A stretch of DNA of 64,000 nt, from NCBI GenBank assembly GCA_025359805.1, contig JANYDU010000030.1, forward strand, positions 22,825-86,824. The letters are read 5' to 3'. A program made the translations under genes and the position numbers. Below the pieces are notes generated by a model. The model was given only the letters and a program-made list of their open reading frames with translations, was not told the DNA's origin and ran no database searches. Of the stretch, positions 47,469 through 60,097 are shown piece after piece. Numbering within the stretch: position 1 is the stretch's first letter; each line of letters starts with the position of its first letter. The stretch comes from Bacteroidota bacterium. Lineage in GTDB: Bacteria; Bacteroidota; Bacteroidia; UKL13-3.

Positions 47469-48584
47469 TTATGCCAATTCAAAAATTTTACCTGGCAAAG
47501 AACGAATAACTCCATTAAATTCCAAGTCGAGCAAGGTTAAGGAAAGGTTACCCGAATCCATTTGTAGATGAAAGGCAATATCATCTATTCCAACTTTATT
47601 TTTTTCTCGCAAAAAACTGATAATTGACAGCTCATCATCCGATAAATTTAGAGGAAGTGTAGCTTGATTATTTTTTATTGGTTTAGCTAAATCCCAATTC
47701 ATCAACTCAAATAAATCTTGTGTATTGGTAATAATAGCAGCTTTGTTTTTTTTGATAAGATGATTGCATCCTCCCGAAAATTCATCATTCACTTTTCCCG
47801 GCAATGCCATCACATCTTTATTGTATGAATTGGCAATTTCGGCAGTAATCATTGCTCCGCCCTTTATAGCTGTTTCAACAACAATAAGCACATCACATAA
47901 GCCGGCAACAATTCTATTTCGTTTAGGAAAATTTTCTCTATCGGGATTTGTATTGCTTGGAAACTCGGTAAGCAAACCTCCGTGTTCAATCATTTTTTTT
48001 GCTACGTTGCTATGCGCAATCGGATACATTCTATCGAGCCCGTGAGCCATTACTCCAACGGTTGGTAAATTATATTTTAGTGCATCCTTGTGGGCCTTCA
48101 CATCAATTCCATAAGCAAGCCCGCTAAGTATTAAACAGCCTGTTTCACTTAATTCACTAATTAATTGTTCGGTAAATGCCTTACCATATTCACTTGCTTT
48201 TCGGGTTCCAATAACACCAACAATTTTCGGATTATTTAAATCGGCATTTCCTAAATAATATAATAAAGAAGGCGCATCTTGAAAATGTTTTAATCGAGAT
48301 GGATAGTTGGTATCTAAATAAAAAAGTGTTTGAATTTTATGTTTGTGGATGAAGTTAATTTCGGCCTCAGCTTTATCAAAATTTTTATAACTGATAATAG
48401 CATTTGCTATTTTATCACCAATACCTGGAATGCGTAATAATTTGTGTTTTTTCTGTTGAAACACTTCTTCAACACCTCCACAATAACTGATAAGATTTTT
48501 GGCTAATACATCGCCAATACCAGCAATTTGCGTAATCGCAATTTGATAAATTAAGTTTTTATTGTTGTTCATAAGCTGGCTCAA
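47469..48584 (-). CDS. dprA: DNA-processing protein DprA/Smf
   Basis: GTRKASEYG, SGLA.GID, GGA..TA motifs and a C-terminal winged-helix region. Confidence 0.85.
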   Translation of the reverse strand: MSQLMNNNKNLIYQIAITQIAGIGDVLAKNLISYCGGVEEVFQQKKHKLLRIPGIGDKIANAIISYKNFDKAEAEINFIHKHKIQTLFYLDTNYPSRLKHFQDAPSLLYYLGNADLNNPKIVGVIGTRKASEYGKAFTEQLISELSETGCLILSGLAYGIDVKAHKDALKYNLPTVGVMAHGLDRMYPIAHSNVAKKMIEHGGLLTEFPSNTNPDRENFPKRNRIVAGLCDVLIVVETAIKGGAMITAEIANSYNKDVMALPGKVNDEFSGGCNHLIKKNKAAIITNTQDLFELMNWDLAKPIKNNQATLPLNLSDDELSIISFLREKNKVGIDDIAFHLQMDSGNLSLTLLDLEFNGVIRSLPGKIFELA

Positions 48585-48621
48585 TTTATAAATATTAAAT
48601 CAAACAGCAACAAAAAAAAAC

Positions 48622-50322
<1,701 letters not shown>

Positions 50323-50469
50323 CTATGTTTAATTAAGAAGGCTATTAAAAGAATAATCTACGATACCTGAAGAAAAATTTAACAATTATTTATTTTTTAG
50401 TTTCATAAGTATTTTTGTAACCTTCGTGTAGTAGGTTATATTTATTGATTTTGTAAACTAATTATTATC

Positions 50470-51360
50470 ATGATAAAAAAAATATTTTTACTATTATTAT
50501 ACTTTACGTTGGTCCAACACATAAATGCTCAAAAACCATGGAGAGCAAAATTATATGTACATTTTATAGATGACAACACTCAACAGATTAAAACAGATAG
50601 CATTTGGTTTGGATTAGATACAGCAGGTAATGACGGAATACAAACGGGGCTTGATATATTTGATACGGTTGGTGCTAACTTTAAAACACTTAGCCACGAT
50701 AGCATTGTGCAGCAACAATTTAATACAGATTGTGGTAATTTAAAATACAACATAAAAAAAATGAAATATGGTTTATCTACATTTGATTTTTATGCTTTAG
50801 GACATATTATTTCGATGAGTTGGGATTCTTCAGATTTTTTATACAATGATTCCATAAATCAATACTATAATGATAGAGTATATTTAAATTCATATAATGG
50901 CTACATCGGGGGATGGGACATTACCACTTTATATATCTTATCAAGATTTGTAAATAAAAATTATATCCACAGAGATTCCGTACAAGTAATGTCAGAGTCT
51001 CCATTGTTTTACTGCAATAGAAATCAAAAAGTTTTTAGATTTTCACTTACCATAAACTTTATAACTAAACTACTTAATGAAAGTGTAAATGAATTAAAAA
51101 ATAAATCCTTGTTAATAACACCCAATCCATGTAAGGATTTTTTATATATAACATTAAATGATTTAGTTGCTCCTTCCCTCCTCAATATAAAGCTTTACTC
51201 ATTATCGGGAAAATTATTAAAAGAAGTTCCATTTGAAGAATCTATAAAAACCATTAAGATTGATTTAAGTGATATGCAAGAAGGATTATATATTCTTAAA
51301 ATTAACGACCCAGTAAATAGCTATTCTTTATATTCTAAAATTATTAAAACAAATTATTAA
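50470..51360 (+). CDS. Hypothetical T9SS cargo protein, 296 aa
   Basis: Signal peptide and a type-A CTD (ITPNPCKDFLYI...LYSLSGKLL...GLYILKI). Confidence 0.65.
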   Translation: MIKKIFLLLLYFTLVQHINAQKPWRAKLYVHFIDDNTQQIKTDSIWFGLDTAGNDGIQTGLDIFDTVGANFKTLSHDSIVQQQFNTDCGNLKYNIKKMKYGLSTFDFYALGHIISMSWDSSDFLYNDSINQYYNDRVYLNSYNGYIGGWDITTLYILSRFVNKNYIHRDSVQVMSESPLFYCNRNQKVFRFSLTINFITKLLNESVNELKNKSLLITPNPCKDFLYITLNDLVAPSLLNIKLYSLSGKLLKEVPFEESIKTIKIDLSDMQEGLYILKINDPVNSYSLYSKIIKTNY

Positions 51361-51367
51361 TTTCAAT

Positions 51368-51398
51368 AAAAAGCGATTCAAGTTGAATCGCTTTTTTT
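51368..51398. terminator. Bidirectional terminator
   Basis: GCGATTCA-AGT-TGAATCGC flanked by A5 and T7. Confidence 0.65.
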
Positions 51399-51429
51399 AA
51401 ATTTCTTATACTTTATTATTGCCAATATT

Positions 51430-52170
51430 TTACTCATTGAAATCAATCAGAGATGCTTCTTCTGTTTTGCTTGAAGTAGCGATGGATTCGTTAATGGCTT
51501 TCATTTCTGTTGGAGTGAGGTAACGCCATTCGCCTAATTTAATTCCATCTAATTTCACATTCATGATACGCACACGTTTTAGCTTTTGCACTTTGTAATC
51601 TAACACTTCGCACATCCTGCGTATTTGCCTATTTAAGCCTTGTGTTAAAACAATTCGAAACCGATAATCGGCTTCTTTCTTGATAAAGCACTTTTGAGTA
51701 ATGGTATCCAAAATTGGAACTCCGTTTCTCATTTTTTTGATAAACTCTTCGGTAATTATTTTATCAACGGTTACGATGTATTCTTTTTCGTGATGGTTTC
51801 CTGCACGCAAAATTTTATTGACAATATCGCCATCGTTTGTTAAAAAAATGAGTCCTTCGGATGGTTTGTCTAATCTTCCAATTGGAAATATTCTTGAAGG
51901 ATAGTTTATATAATCAATAATATTATCTCGGTCTTTTAAATCAGTTGTTGAAGTAACGCCAATAGGTTTATTAAAAGCAATGTAAACGGTTTTTTCTTTT
52001 TCTTTTAAAGGTTTTCCATCAATACTCACGTCATCTTCATCAGAAACTTTTGTACCTAATTCAGGAATATTTCCATTTACTTTTACACGCCCTTGTTCAA
52101 TTAATTTATCAGCTTCTCTGCGTGAGCAAAATCCAGTTTCGCTAATAAATTTATTTAAACGTGTTTCCAT
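51430..52170 (-). CDS. rluF: RsuA/RluF-family pseudouridine synthase (S4 + catalytic domain)
   Basis: The internal ATG at 52170 gives [21 protein letters not shown] (S4 domain). The catalytic motif is [10 protein letters not shown]. This start overlaps the upstream stop by 1 nt (TAATG). Confidence 0.7.
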   Translation of the reverse strand: METRLNKFISETGFCSRREADKLIEQGRVKVNGNIPELGTKVSDEDDVSIDGKPLKEKEKTVYIAFNKPIGVTSTTDLKDRDNIIDYINYPSRIFPIGRLDKPSEGLIFLTNDGDIVNKILRAGNHHEKEYIVTVDKIITEEFIKKMRNGVPILDTITQKCFIKKEADYRFRIVLTQGLNRQIRRMCEVLDYKVQKLKRVRIMNVKLDGIKLGEWRYLTPTEMKAINESIATSSKTEEASLIDFNE

Positions 52171-52553
52171 TAATCTTCTTCGTAAAACTCTTGTAAGTCG
52201 CCAAAATATTGGTTGTTCCACCCATCTATTATATCTTCATATTCTTCATCTGGGATATTGGTATGAATTAATTCTGCTGATGTGCCTTGTTTGTTTGGAT
52301 GCAATTTTATAGTAACAATAGATGGCGTTTCTTGCTCACCAAAATACCATTGCTGAACTATTTTTTTCCCTTCTTCAAATTCTAAATTTTTTCCGATAAT
52401 ACTTCCGTCCCATAACGAAAATTCAGAACCAATTTCTTTACTCATTTGTACTTTATCGCCTGTCCATAATTGAATGGTGGCTTCATTGGTGAGTGCCTGA
52501 TAAACCTCTTCAGGTGTTGCTGAAATGATATAATATTTTTTAAAGTCTTTCAT
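52170..52553 (-). CDS. SRPBCC/AHSA1-like domain protein
   Basis: 127 aa; the [21 protein letters not shown] start is typical of the Aha1/BPI-like fold family. Confidence 0.6.
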   Translation of the reverse strand: MKDFKKYYIISATPEEVYQALTNEATIQLWTGDKVQMSKEIGSEFSLWDGSIIGKNLEFEEGKKIVQQWYFGEQETPSIVTIKLHPNKQGTSAELIHTNIPDEEYEDIIDGWNNQYFGDLQEFYEED

Positions 52554-52783
52554 ACTTGTGGTCTTTTTTTATTCATCACCCATCCATACAGCACTTCTAC
52601 TTTTTGGCGAGCCCAAGGTGTTTTTCGTAAAAATGTTAAGCTTGATTTGATGCTGGGATTTTCATTAAAACAGCGAATGTTTATTCGTGAACCTAAATTT
52701 TCCCAGCCATAATATTCTACCAAATGAGTGAGCATCATTTCCAATGTTTTTCCGTGAAGTGGATTATTTGATTGTTCGGTCAT
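52550..52783 (-). CDS. DUF2132 (VF530-like) small protein
   Basis: The ATG at 52783 gives [23 protein letters not shown]...I.I.CF..NPS..SSL.FLRKT.WAR.KVE.LY. Confidence 0.65.
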   Translation of the reverse strand: MTEQSNNPLHGKTLEMMLTHLVEYYGWENLGSRINIRCFNENPSIKSSLTFLRKTPWARQKVEVLYGWVMNKKRPQV

Positions 52784-52791
52784 AATAAATT

Positions 52792-53565
52792 TTAGTTTGC
52801 TTTTCGTTGATAAAAAAATTCGCCCAACCACTTTAATGGTTTTAGTCTGCTACTTTTTTTCAAACCAAATTCTTCGATTGCATTTTTACGAATATGTTTT
52901 ACCATTTCTTCTACTGAATCTGTTATCAACAGTAAATTTAAATCGGGAGCTGAAATAGTTCCTTCAGCCACCATATCATTTAATAGCTCAGCAAGATTTT
53001 GCCAATATTCTTTACCAATAAGAATAACAGGAAAATTTTCAATTTTGCCCGTTTGAATAAGTGTAAGTGCTTCAAACATTTCGTCCATAGTTCCCATACC
53101 ACCGGGCATACATACAAATGCGTAGGAGTATTTTATGAGTAATGTTTTGCGCACAAAAAAGTAACGGAACTCCACAGATTTTTGCACATAAGGATTTTCC
53201 TTTTGTTCGTGAGGCAAAACAATATTGCAACCCACAGATTTGCCTCCAGCTTCAAATGCACCTCTATTTGCGGCTTCCATAATACCAGGACCACCGCCTG
53301 TTAAAACAGTAAATCCTAAATTACTAACCGCTCTTCCAACTTCCATTGCTTTAATGTAAAAAGGATGATCTTCTTTAAATCGGGCACTTCCAAAAACAGT
53401 TACGCAAGGACCAATAAAATGTAATCGTTGAAAGCCTTTTACAAATTCTATCATCACTTTAAAAACAAACAGCAGTTCTCTTTTTCTGGTTCGTGGTCCT
53501 TCTAAAAACCTACGTTCTGAATGAAGATACTGTTCACGTAATTGTTTGATATTTTTTTTTGTCAT
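52792..53565 (-). CDS. LOG-family (TIGR00730) nucleotide phosphoribohydrolase
   Basis: The ATG at 53565 gives MTKKNIKQL. Motifs are [14 protein letters not shown] and [12 protein letters not shown]. Confidence 0.8.
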   Translation of the reverse strand: MTKKNIKQLREQYLHSERRFLEGPRTRKRELLFVFKVMIEFVKGFQRLHFIGPCVTVFGSARFKEDHPFYIKAMEVGRAVSNLGFTVLTGGGPGIMEAANRGAFEAGGKSVGCNIVLPHEQKENPYVQKSVEFRYFFVRKTLLIKYSYAFVCMPGGMGTMDEMFEALTLIQTGKIENFPVILIGKEYWQNLAELLNDMVAEGTISAPDLNLLLITDSVEEMVKHIRKNAIEEFGLKKSSRLKPLKWLGEFFYQRKAN

Positions 53566-53603
53566 GATGAAGTTTTCGAGAAGAATTATTTTAACAAATG
53601 TAT

Positions 53604-53636
53604 ATAAAAAATAAAGACGCAATGAATCGCGTCTTT
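53604..53636 (-). terminator. Rho-independent terminator after hppD
   Basis: AAAGACGC (53613-53620) pairs with GCGTCTTT (53629-53636). The minus strand continues ATTTTTTATATA. Confidence 0.65.
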
Positions 53637-53658
53637 ACCATTAACATGAATTTATATT

Positions 53659-54783
53659 TTACAAATTCCCCCTTGCATCTTGTTCTCTTTCTAACGCTTC
53701 AAATAAGGCTTTAAAATTTCCTTTACCAAATGATTTTGCTCCTTTGCGTTGTATAATTTCGAAGAACATGGTTGGTCTATCTTCAACAGGTTTGCTAAAC
53801 AATTGTAATAAATATCCCTCATCATCACTATCAACCAAAATACCTAATTCTTTTAGTGGTTCAATATCCTCTTCAATTTTTCCAACTCTTTCAAATAAGT
53901 CTTCATAATAACTCGAAGGCACTTTTAAAAACTCCACCCCACGAGCCATTAATTGTTTTACTGTTGATACAATATCCTTAGTGGCAATGGCAATATGTTG
54001 CACTCCTTCGCCTTCATAAAACTCTAAATATTCTTCCACCTGACTTTTCTTTTTTCCTTCGGCAGGTTCGTTAATCGGAAACTTTACATATCCATTTCCA
54101 TTACTCATTACCTTGCTCATTAAAGCAGAGTATTCAGTAGAAATATCATTATCATCAAACGATAAAATATTTTTAAATCCCATTACGTCTTCATAAAATT
54201 TTACCCAAGGATTCATTTGATTCCATCCAACATTTCCAACACAATGATCTACGTATAATAAGCCTGTTGGTTCGGGATTGTATGCACTTTTCCACTCCAC
54301 ATAACCCGGCATAAAAACTCCATTATAGTTTTTACGTTCAATAAAATAATGCTCTACTTCACCATATGTTTTTATTCCACTTAGTTTAACTTCACCATTC
54401 GCATCTGTTAAAGTTTTGGGTTGAAGACTTGAGGTTGCTCCACGTTTTGTAGTTTGTTCAAACGCATCATAGGCATCTTCTACCATTAATGCCAAAACCT
54501 TAACACCATCACCATGTTTGCGATGATGATCTGCAATAGGGCTATTACTGTGCAAAGGAGAAGTTAATACCAAACGCATTTTGTTTTGTATCAATACATA
54601 ACTCGAACGATCTTTAACACCTGTTTCGGGCCCTGCATAAGCAAGCGATTGAAATCCGAAAGCCGTTTTATAATAATGTGCAGCTTGTTTGGCATTGCCT
54701 ACATATAGTTCGATATAATCTGTTCCGTGTAAAGGAAGAAAGTCTGTTTTGGTTTCTTTTTTTTCTAGTGTTGAGGTTTCCAT
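53659..54783 (-). CDS. hppD: 4-hydroxyphenylpyruvate dioxygenase
   Basis: The ATG at 54783 gives METSTLEKK. The sequence has GVQHIA and the C-terminal FFEIIQRKGAKSFGKGNFKALFEALEREQ..RGNL. Confidence 0.88.
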   Translation of the reverse strand: METSTLEKKETKTDFLPLHGTDYIELYVGNAKQAAHYYKTAFGFQSLAYAGPETGVKDRSSYVLIQNKMRLVLTSPLHSNSPIADHHRKHGDGVKVLALMVEDAYDAFEQTTKRGATSSLQPKTLTDANGEVKLSGIKTYGEVEHYFIERKNYNGVFMPGYVEWKSAYNPEPTGLLYVDHCVGNVGWNQMNPWVKFYEDVMGFKNILSFDDNDISTEYSALMSKVMSNGNGYVKFPINEPAEGKKKSQVEEYLEFYEGEGVQHIAIATKDIVSTVKQLMARGVEFLKVPSSYYEDLFERVGKIEEDIEPLKELGILVDSDDEGYLLQLFSKPVEDRPTMFFEIIQRKGAKSFGKGNFKALFEALEREQDARGNL

Positions 54784-54884
54784 TATAAAAAATTTCAACG
54801 AATATCAGATTTTTTTTTGTGGTGGCAAGATGATAAAAGTCAGATTTGAAAAACAAAAAATATCGGTTTTAGCCCGACATTTTT

Positions 54885-56402
54885 TTAATAGATTTCTTTG
54901 TTTTGATTAATTACCGATTGACTGATATGCTCACATGTTTTGTGCATTTGGAATATCATTACTGAATAAAACAATGCTTTGTCTGCATACTTAGTATTGT
55001 TTTTAATTGCCCAACCTATCAATTTCCAGAAATACTTTCGATGCTTATATTTGATACCCATCAAGTATATAACTCTGAGTAGTATCCACAGATCTTTTAG
55101 TTCGTATTTTTCGGGAATTTTAATACCCGTTTTTGGAAATTGATAATTGCTAAGAAAATGAATGATGCGCTCATAAGACTTTTGAGGGCTATATATATTA
55201 TTTATTAATTCTATAAATCCATCAAACAGCATTTTTTCATCCATCACTGGAACAATGTTTGTGTCTCCTTCCGAAAAAGCAAAGGGTTTACTGAGGCGGC
55301 CTTCTCTTTTCATTCTATCATATAGATCGGTTCCAGGAGGAGCTTTTAAAATATTAACTATTGGTAATGGAATACCACTTTCTTGAATAAAATCAATTTG
55401 CTTTTTAAAAATGGAACTTGTATCAGTATCAAATCCCACAATGAATCCTGCCGAAATAGTAAATCCGGCATTGTGAAGTTTGTTAATGTTTAACAACTGA
55501 TCGCGTTTCAAATTTTGATTTTTGTTTGACCCTTTTAACCCTTCTTCATCTGGTGTTTCTATGCCAATAAAAATTTGGCGAAATCCCGCCTTTAGCAATA
55601 AATCCATCAATTCATCATCATCAGCCAAATTAATAGTTAGTTGAGTTGCAAAAAAGAAACCTGAATTGTTTTTCTTTCTCCATTCAATAAGTGCAGGAAG
55701 CAAATCTTTCTTCAGTTCTTTTTTATTTCCTATCAAATTATCATCAGCAAATAGTACCAACTTGATATTTCCATTTCGTTCTAACGCTTCCAGTTCTTTA
55801 ATAATCTGCTCGCTGGTTTTGATTCGTGGACGTCTTCCGAAAAGTGCGGTTACATCGCAAAAGTCGCACATATAGGGGCAACCACGTGAGTATTGAACAA
55901 TGGAATAAGTGTAATTTTCCATATCAGCAATCTCAAATGCGGGCAACGGAGAGGATGTGATATCAGCAAATTCTTTTGTTTTATAAATTGGTTGTGGTCG
56001 ATTATTCTTTATATCTTCAAGAAAAAGTGGTAGTGTGATTTCTGCTTCGTTCAGAACAAAATGATCTATATCCGGAAAACGTTCGTATTCATGAGTAAAC
56101 AATGGACCTCCTGCTACAATCTTCACACCCGCCTGTTTGCATATTTCAATAATTTCTCTCACCGAATTTTCTTGTACATTCATTGCTGACAGAAAAACAA
56201 AATCAGCCCATGCGAGGTCTTTTTCATTTAATGGAGCTACATTCAAATCAATCAGTTTTTTATTCCATTCAGCCGGTAACATTGGAGCAATAGTTAACAA
56301 ACCCAATGGAGGATATACTGCTTTTTTACCAATAACTTTAATAAAATGCGTCATCGCATAAAAGGTATCAGGCATTTCAGGATATACAAGAAGAATGTTC
56401 AT
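54885..56402 (-). CDS. B12-binding-domain radical SAM protein (DUF4070-type C-terminus)
   Basis: The N-terminal B12-binding fold is ILLVYPE...PPLGL. The radical-SAM cluster motif is SRGCPYMCDFC. Confidence 0.8.
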   Translation of the reverse strand: MNILLVYPEMPDTFYAMTHFIKVIGKKAVYPPLGLLTIAPMLPAEWNKKLIDLNVAPLNEKDLAWADFVFLSAMNVQENSVREIIEICKQAGVKIVAGGPLFTHEYERFPDIDHFVLNEAEITLPLFLEDIKNNRPQPIYKTKEFADITSSPLPAFEIADMENYTYSIVQYSRGCPYMCDFCDVTALFGRRPRIKTSEQIIKELEALERNGNIKLVLFADDNLIGNKKELKKDLLPALIEWRKKNNSGFFFATQLTINLADDDELMDLLLKAGFRQIFIGIETPDEEGLKGSNKNQNLKRDQLLNINKLHNAGFTISAGFIVGFDTDTSSIFKKQIDFIQESGIPLPIVNILKAPPGTDLYDRMKREGRLSKPFAFSEGDTNIVPVMDEKMLFDGFIELINNIYSPQKSYERIIHFLSNYQFPKTGIKIPEKYELKDLWILLRVIYLMGIKYKHRKYFWKLIGWAIKNNTKYADKALFYSVMIFQMHKTCEHISQSVINQNKEIY

Positions 56403-56658
56403 ATATAATTATTTTATTCACTTAAAAACCTGACTTCAAATATTTATTGAATTGACTAAACAGGTGTTTTCCCTTTTCTCATAGCGGTATAAAAAGTGAA
56501 AGATCAAAAATGCAGATTTATTCTTAACAAAAAAAGAAATGCATTTTGTGTGGTTTAAAAGTTAATAGCTTTATTCGTTTAATAGTTCAATTGTAAAAAC
56601 AAAAAAAGTTGATTCGTTAATAACCGCACAAACTAACTCACAAACTTACCAATCACTT

Positions 56659-58005
56659 ATGACAAAAAAACTCACTCTTCTCGATTGTACAATGCTCATT
56701 ATGGGCAGCATGATTGGCTCAGGAATATTTATCGTTCCTGCAGTAATGAGTCGTGATTTAGGTTCGCCATTGATGTTGCTTGCAGCATGGGGAATTACTG
56801 CCGTGCTTACCATTTTTGCAGCGTTAAGTTATGGTGAATTAGCTGCCATGATGCCCAAAGCGGGCGGACAATATGTGTATTTGCGCGAAGCCTACAATCC
56901 CATGTTTGGTTTTTTATATGGATGGACATTGTTTACAGTTATTCAAACTGGAACCATCGCAGCAGTTGCAGTTGCATTTGCAAAATTTAGTGGCGTATTT
57001 TTTCCATTCATTTCGGATAAAAATATATTGTTTGAAACAGGAACAATTAAAATTCAAACGCAACAAATTTTAGCTGTTGTAATTGTTTGGTTGCTTACAT
57101 TCTCAAATTTTAGAAATGTAAAAACGGGAGCCTTCATTCAAAATATTTTTACGTTTACAAAAATTGGGGCTATTGTTTTTATGATTTTGGCTGGATTATA
57201 TTTTGCATTTACCCAACACGCTCAACTACCCGATTTTTCAATACCAAAAAATATTTTCAGTTTTAATTATTGGGGAATATTTTCAGTAGCTTTAGTAGGC
57301 TCTATTTTTTCTGCTGATGCTTGGAATAATATTACGTTTACCGGAAGCGAAATTGATAAACCTGAACGCAACCTTCCTTTATCATTGATAATTGGAACAG
57401 GGATAGTATTGGCTATTTATTTTTTTATCAATTGGGTATATTTAAAAACACTTCCTTTTGATGCCATACAACATGCCGAAAATGATAGAATTGGCACCTT
57501 AATGCTACAAACAGTTTTGGGAAATGCAGGAATGTATTTAATGGCGCTATTAATTATGATCTCTACTTTTGGTTGTATAAATGGGCTCACACTTTCAGGT
57601 TCGCGTGTGTATTATGCAATGGCAAAAGATGGATTGTTTTTTAAACGAGCAGCTACACTAAATAAAAATGATTCCCCACAATTTGCCCTCATTATACAAG
57701 CTATATGGACAAGCATGTTAACACTTTCAGGTTCGTATGGAGATTTGTTAGATTATGTAGTTTTTGCAGTATTGATATTTTACATTTTAACCATTGCCGG
57801 AATTTTTATTTTAAGAAAAAAGCAGCCCAACGCAAATCGCCCGTATAAAGTTTTTGCATATCCCATATTACCTATTATTTATATTCTGATGGCCACTTTT
57901 ATATGTATCAATTTATTAATTTATAAGCCTCAATATACTTACCCGGGTTTAGGAATTGTATTTGCCGGAATTCCCGTTTATTTTTTTATTCGAAAAAAAG
58001 TTTAA
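56659..58005 (+). CDS. APC-superfamily amino acid permease
   Basis: 448 aa with about 12 TM helices and GSMIGSGIF near the N-terminus. Confidence 0.75.
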   Translation: MTKKLTLLDCTMLIMGSMIGSGIFIVPAVMSRDLGSPLMLLAAWGITAVLTIFAALSYGELAAMMPKAGGQYVYLREAYNPMFGFLYGWTLFTVIQTGTIAAVAVAFAKFSGVFFPFISDKNILFETGTIKIQTQQILAVVIVWLLTFSNFRNVKTGAFIQNIFTFTKIGAIVFMILAGLYFAFTQHAQLPDFSIPKNIFSFNYWGIFSVALVGSIFSADAWNNITFTGSEIDKPERNLPLSLIIGTGIVLAIYFFINWVYLKTLPFDAIQHAENDRIGTLMLQTVLGNAGMYLMALLIMISTFGCINGLTLSGSRVYYAMAKDGLFFKRAATLNKNDSPQFALIIQAIWTSMLTLSGSYGDLLDYVVFAVLIFYILTIAGIFILRKKQPNANRPYKVFAYPILPIIYILMATFICINLLIYKPQYTYPGLGIVFAGIPVYFFIRKKV

Positions 58006-58065
58006 TCAACTTTACCCAAATTGAAGCACGTTTCAACACCTTCTAAAAATAAGATAATTTATTGG

Positions 58066-58095
58066 TTTGATTTTATGGTATAAAAGTTATTTTTG
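58066..58095 (+). promoter_or_regulatory. Candidate promoter for atpDC
   Basis: TTTG (58066-58069), an 18-nt spacer, then TATTTTTG (58088-58095). The ATG is at 58131. Confidence 0.4.
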
Positions 58096-58121
58096 CGCCT
58101 CAATTCACATTAAAATAATAA

Positions 58122-59639
<1,518 letters not shown>

Positions 59640-59691
59640 AAATTAATGAACCAGTTATTTAGTTTAACAAACTAAAACTAAAACTAACAAC

Positions 59692-59922
59692 ATGCAATTA
59701 GAAATATTAACACCCGATAAAACTGTTTTTTCAGGAGACGTTGATTCTGTTACACTACCAGGAAGTGGAGGTCAGTTTCAAGTTTTAAAAAACCATGCAG
59801 CTTTAGTTTCAAGTTTAGAAAAAGGAAATATAAAACTGATGGTAAACAAAATTGAACAACAATTTGAGATTAGTGGTGGAGTTGTGGAAGTGCTCAATAA
59901 TAAAATTGTAGTTTTGGTTTAA
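59692..59922 (+). CDS. atpC: F1 ATP synthase epsilon subunit, short form (beta-sandwich only)
   Basis: 76 aa, MQLEILTPDK.VF.G....V.LPG..G.F.VL..HA. It lies immediately after atpD. Confidence 0.8.
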   Translation: MQLEILTPDKTVFSGDVDSVTLPGSGGQFQVLKNHAALVSSLEKGNIKLMVNKIEQQFEISGGVVEVLNNKIVVLV

Positions 59923-59946
59923 TTATTCAAAAAAACGAAACACATT

Positions 59947-59980
59947 AAAAGGCTGTCTTGTAGTATAGACAGCCTTTTTA
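59947..59980 (+). terminator. Rho-independent terminator after atpC
   Basis: AAAAGGCTGTCT-TGTAGTAT-AGACAGCCTTTT followed by T. Confidence 0.75.
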
Positions 59981-60097
59981 GTTTAATTTATTGCGGATTT
60001 AAAATGCTTTGTTTGCGTTCTGTCATTTCATATTAATAATTGTAGTTTTTTCATGAAAAGAAGTTTTATTTGTTAGAGAAAAATAATACCAAATATT

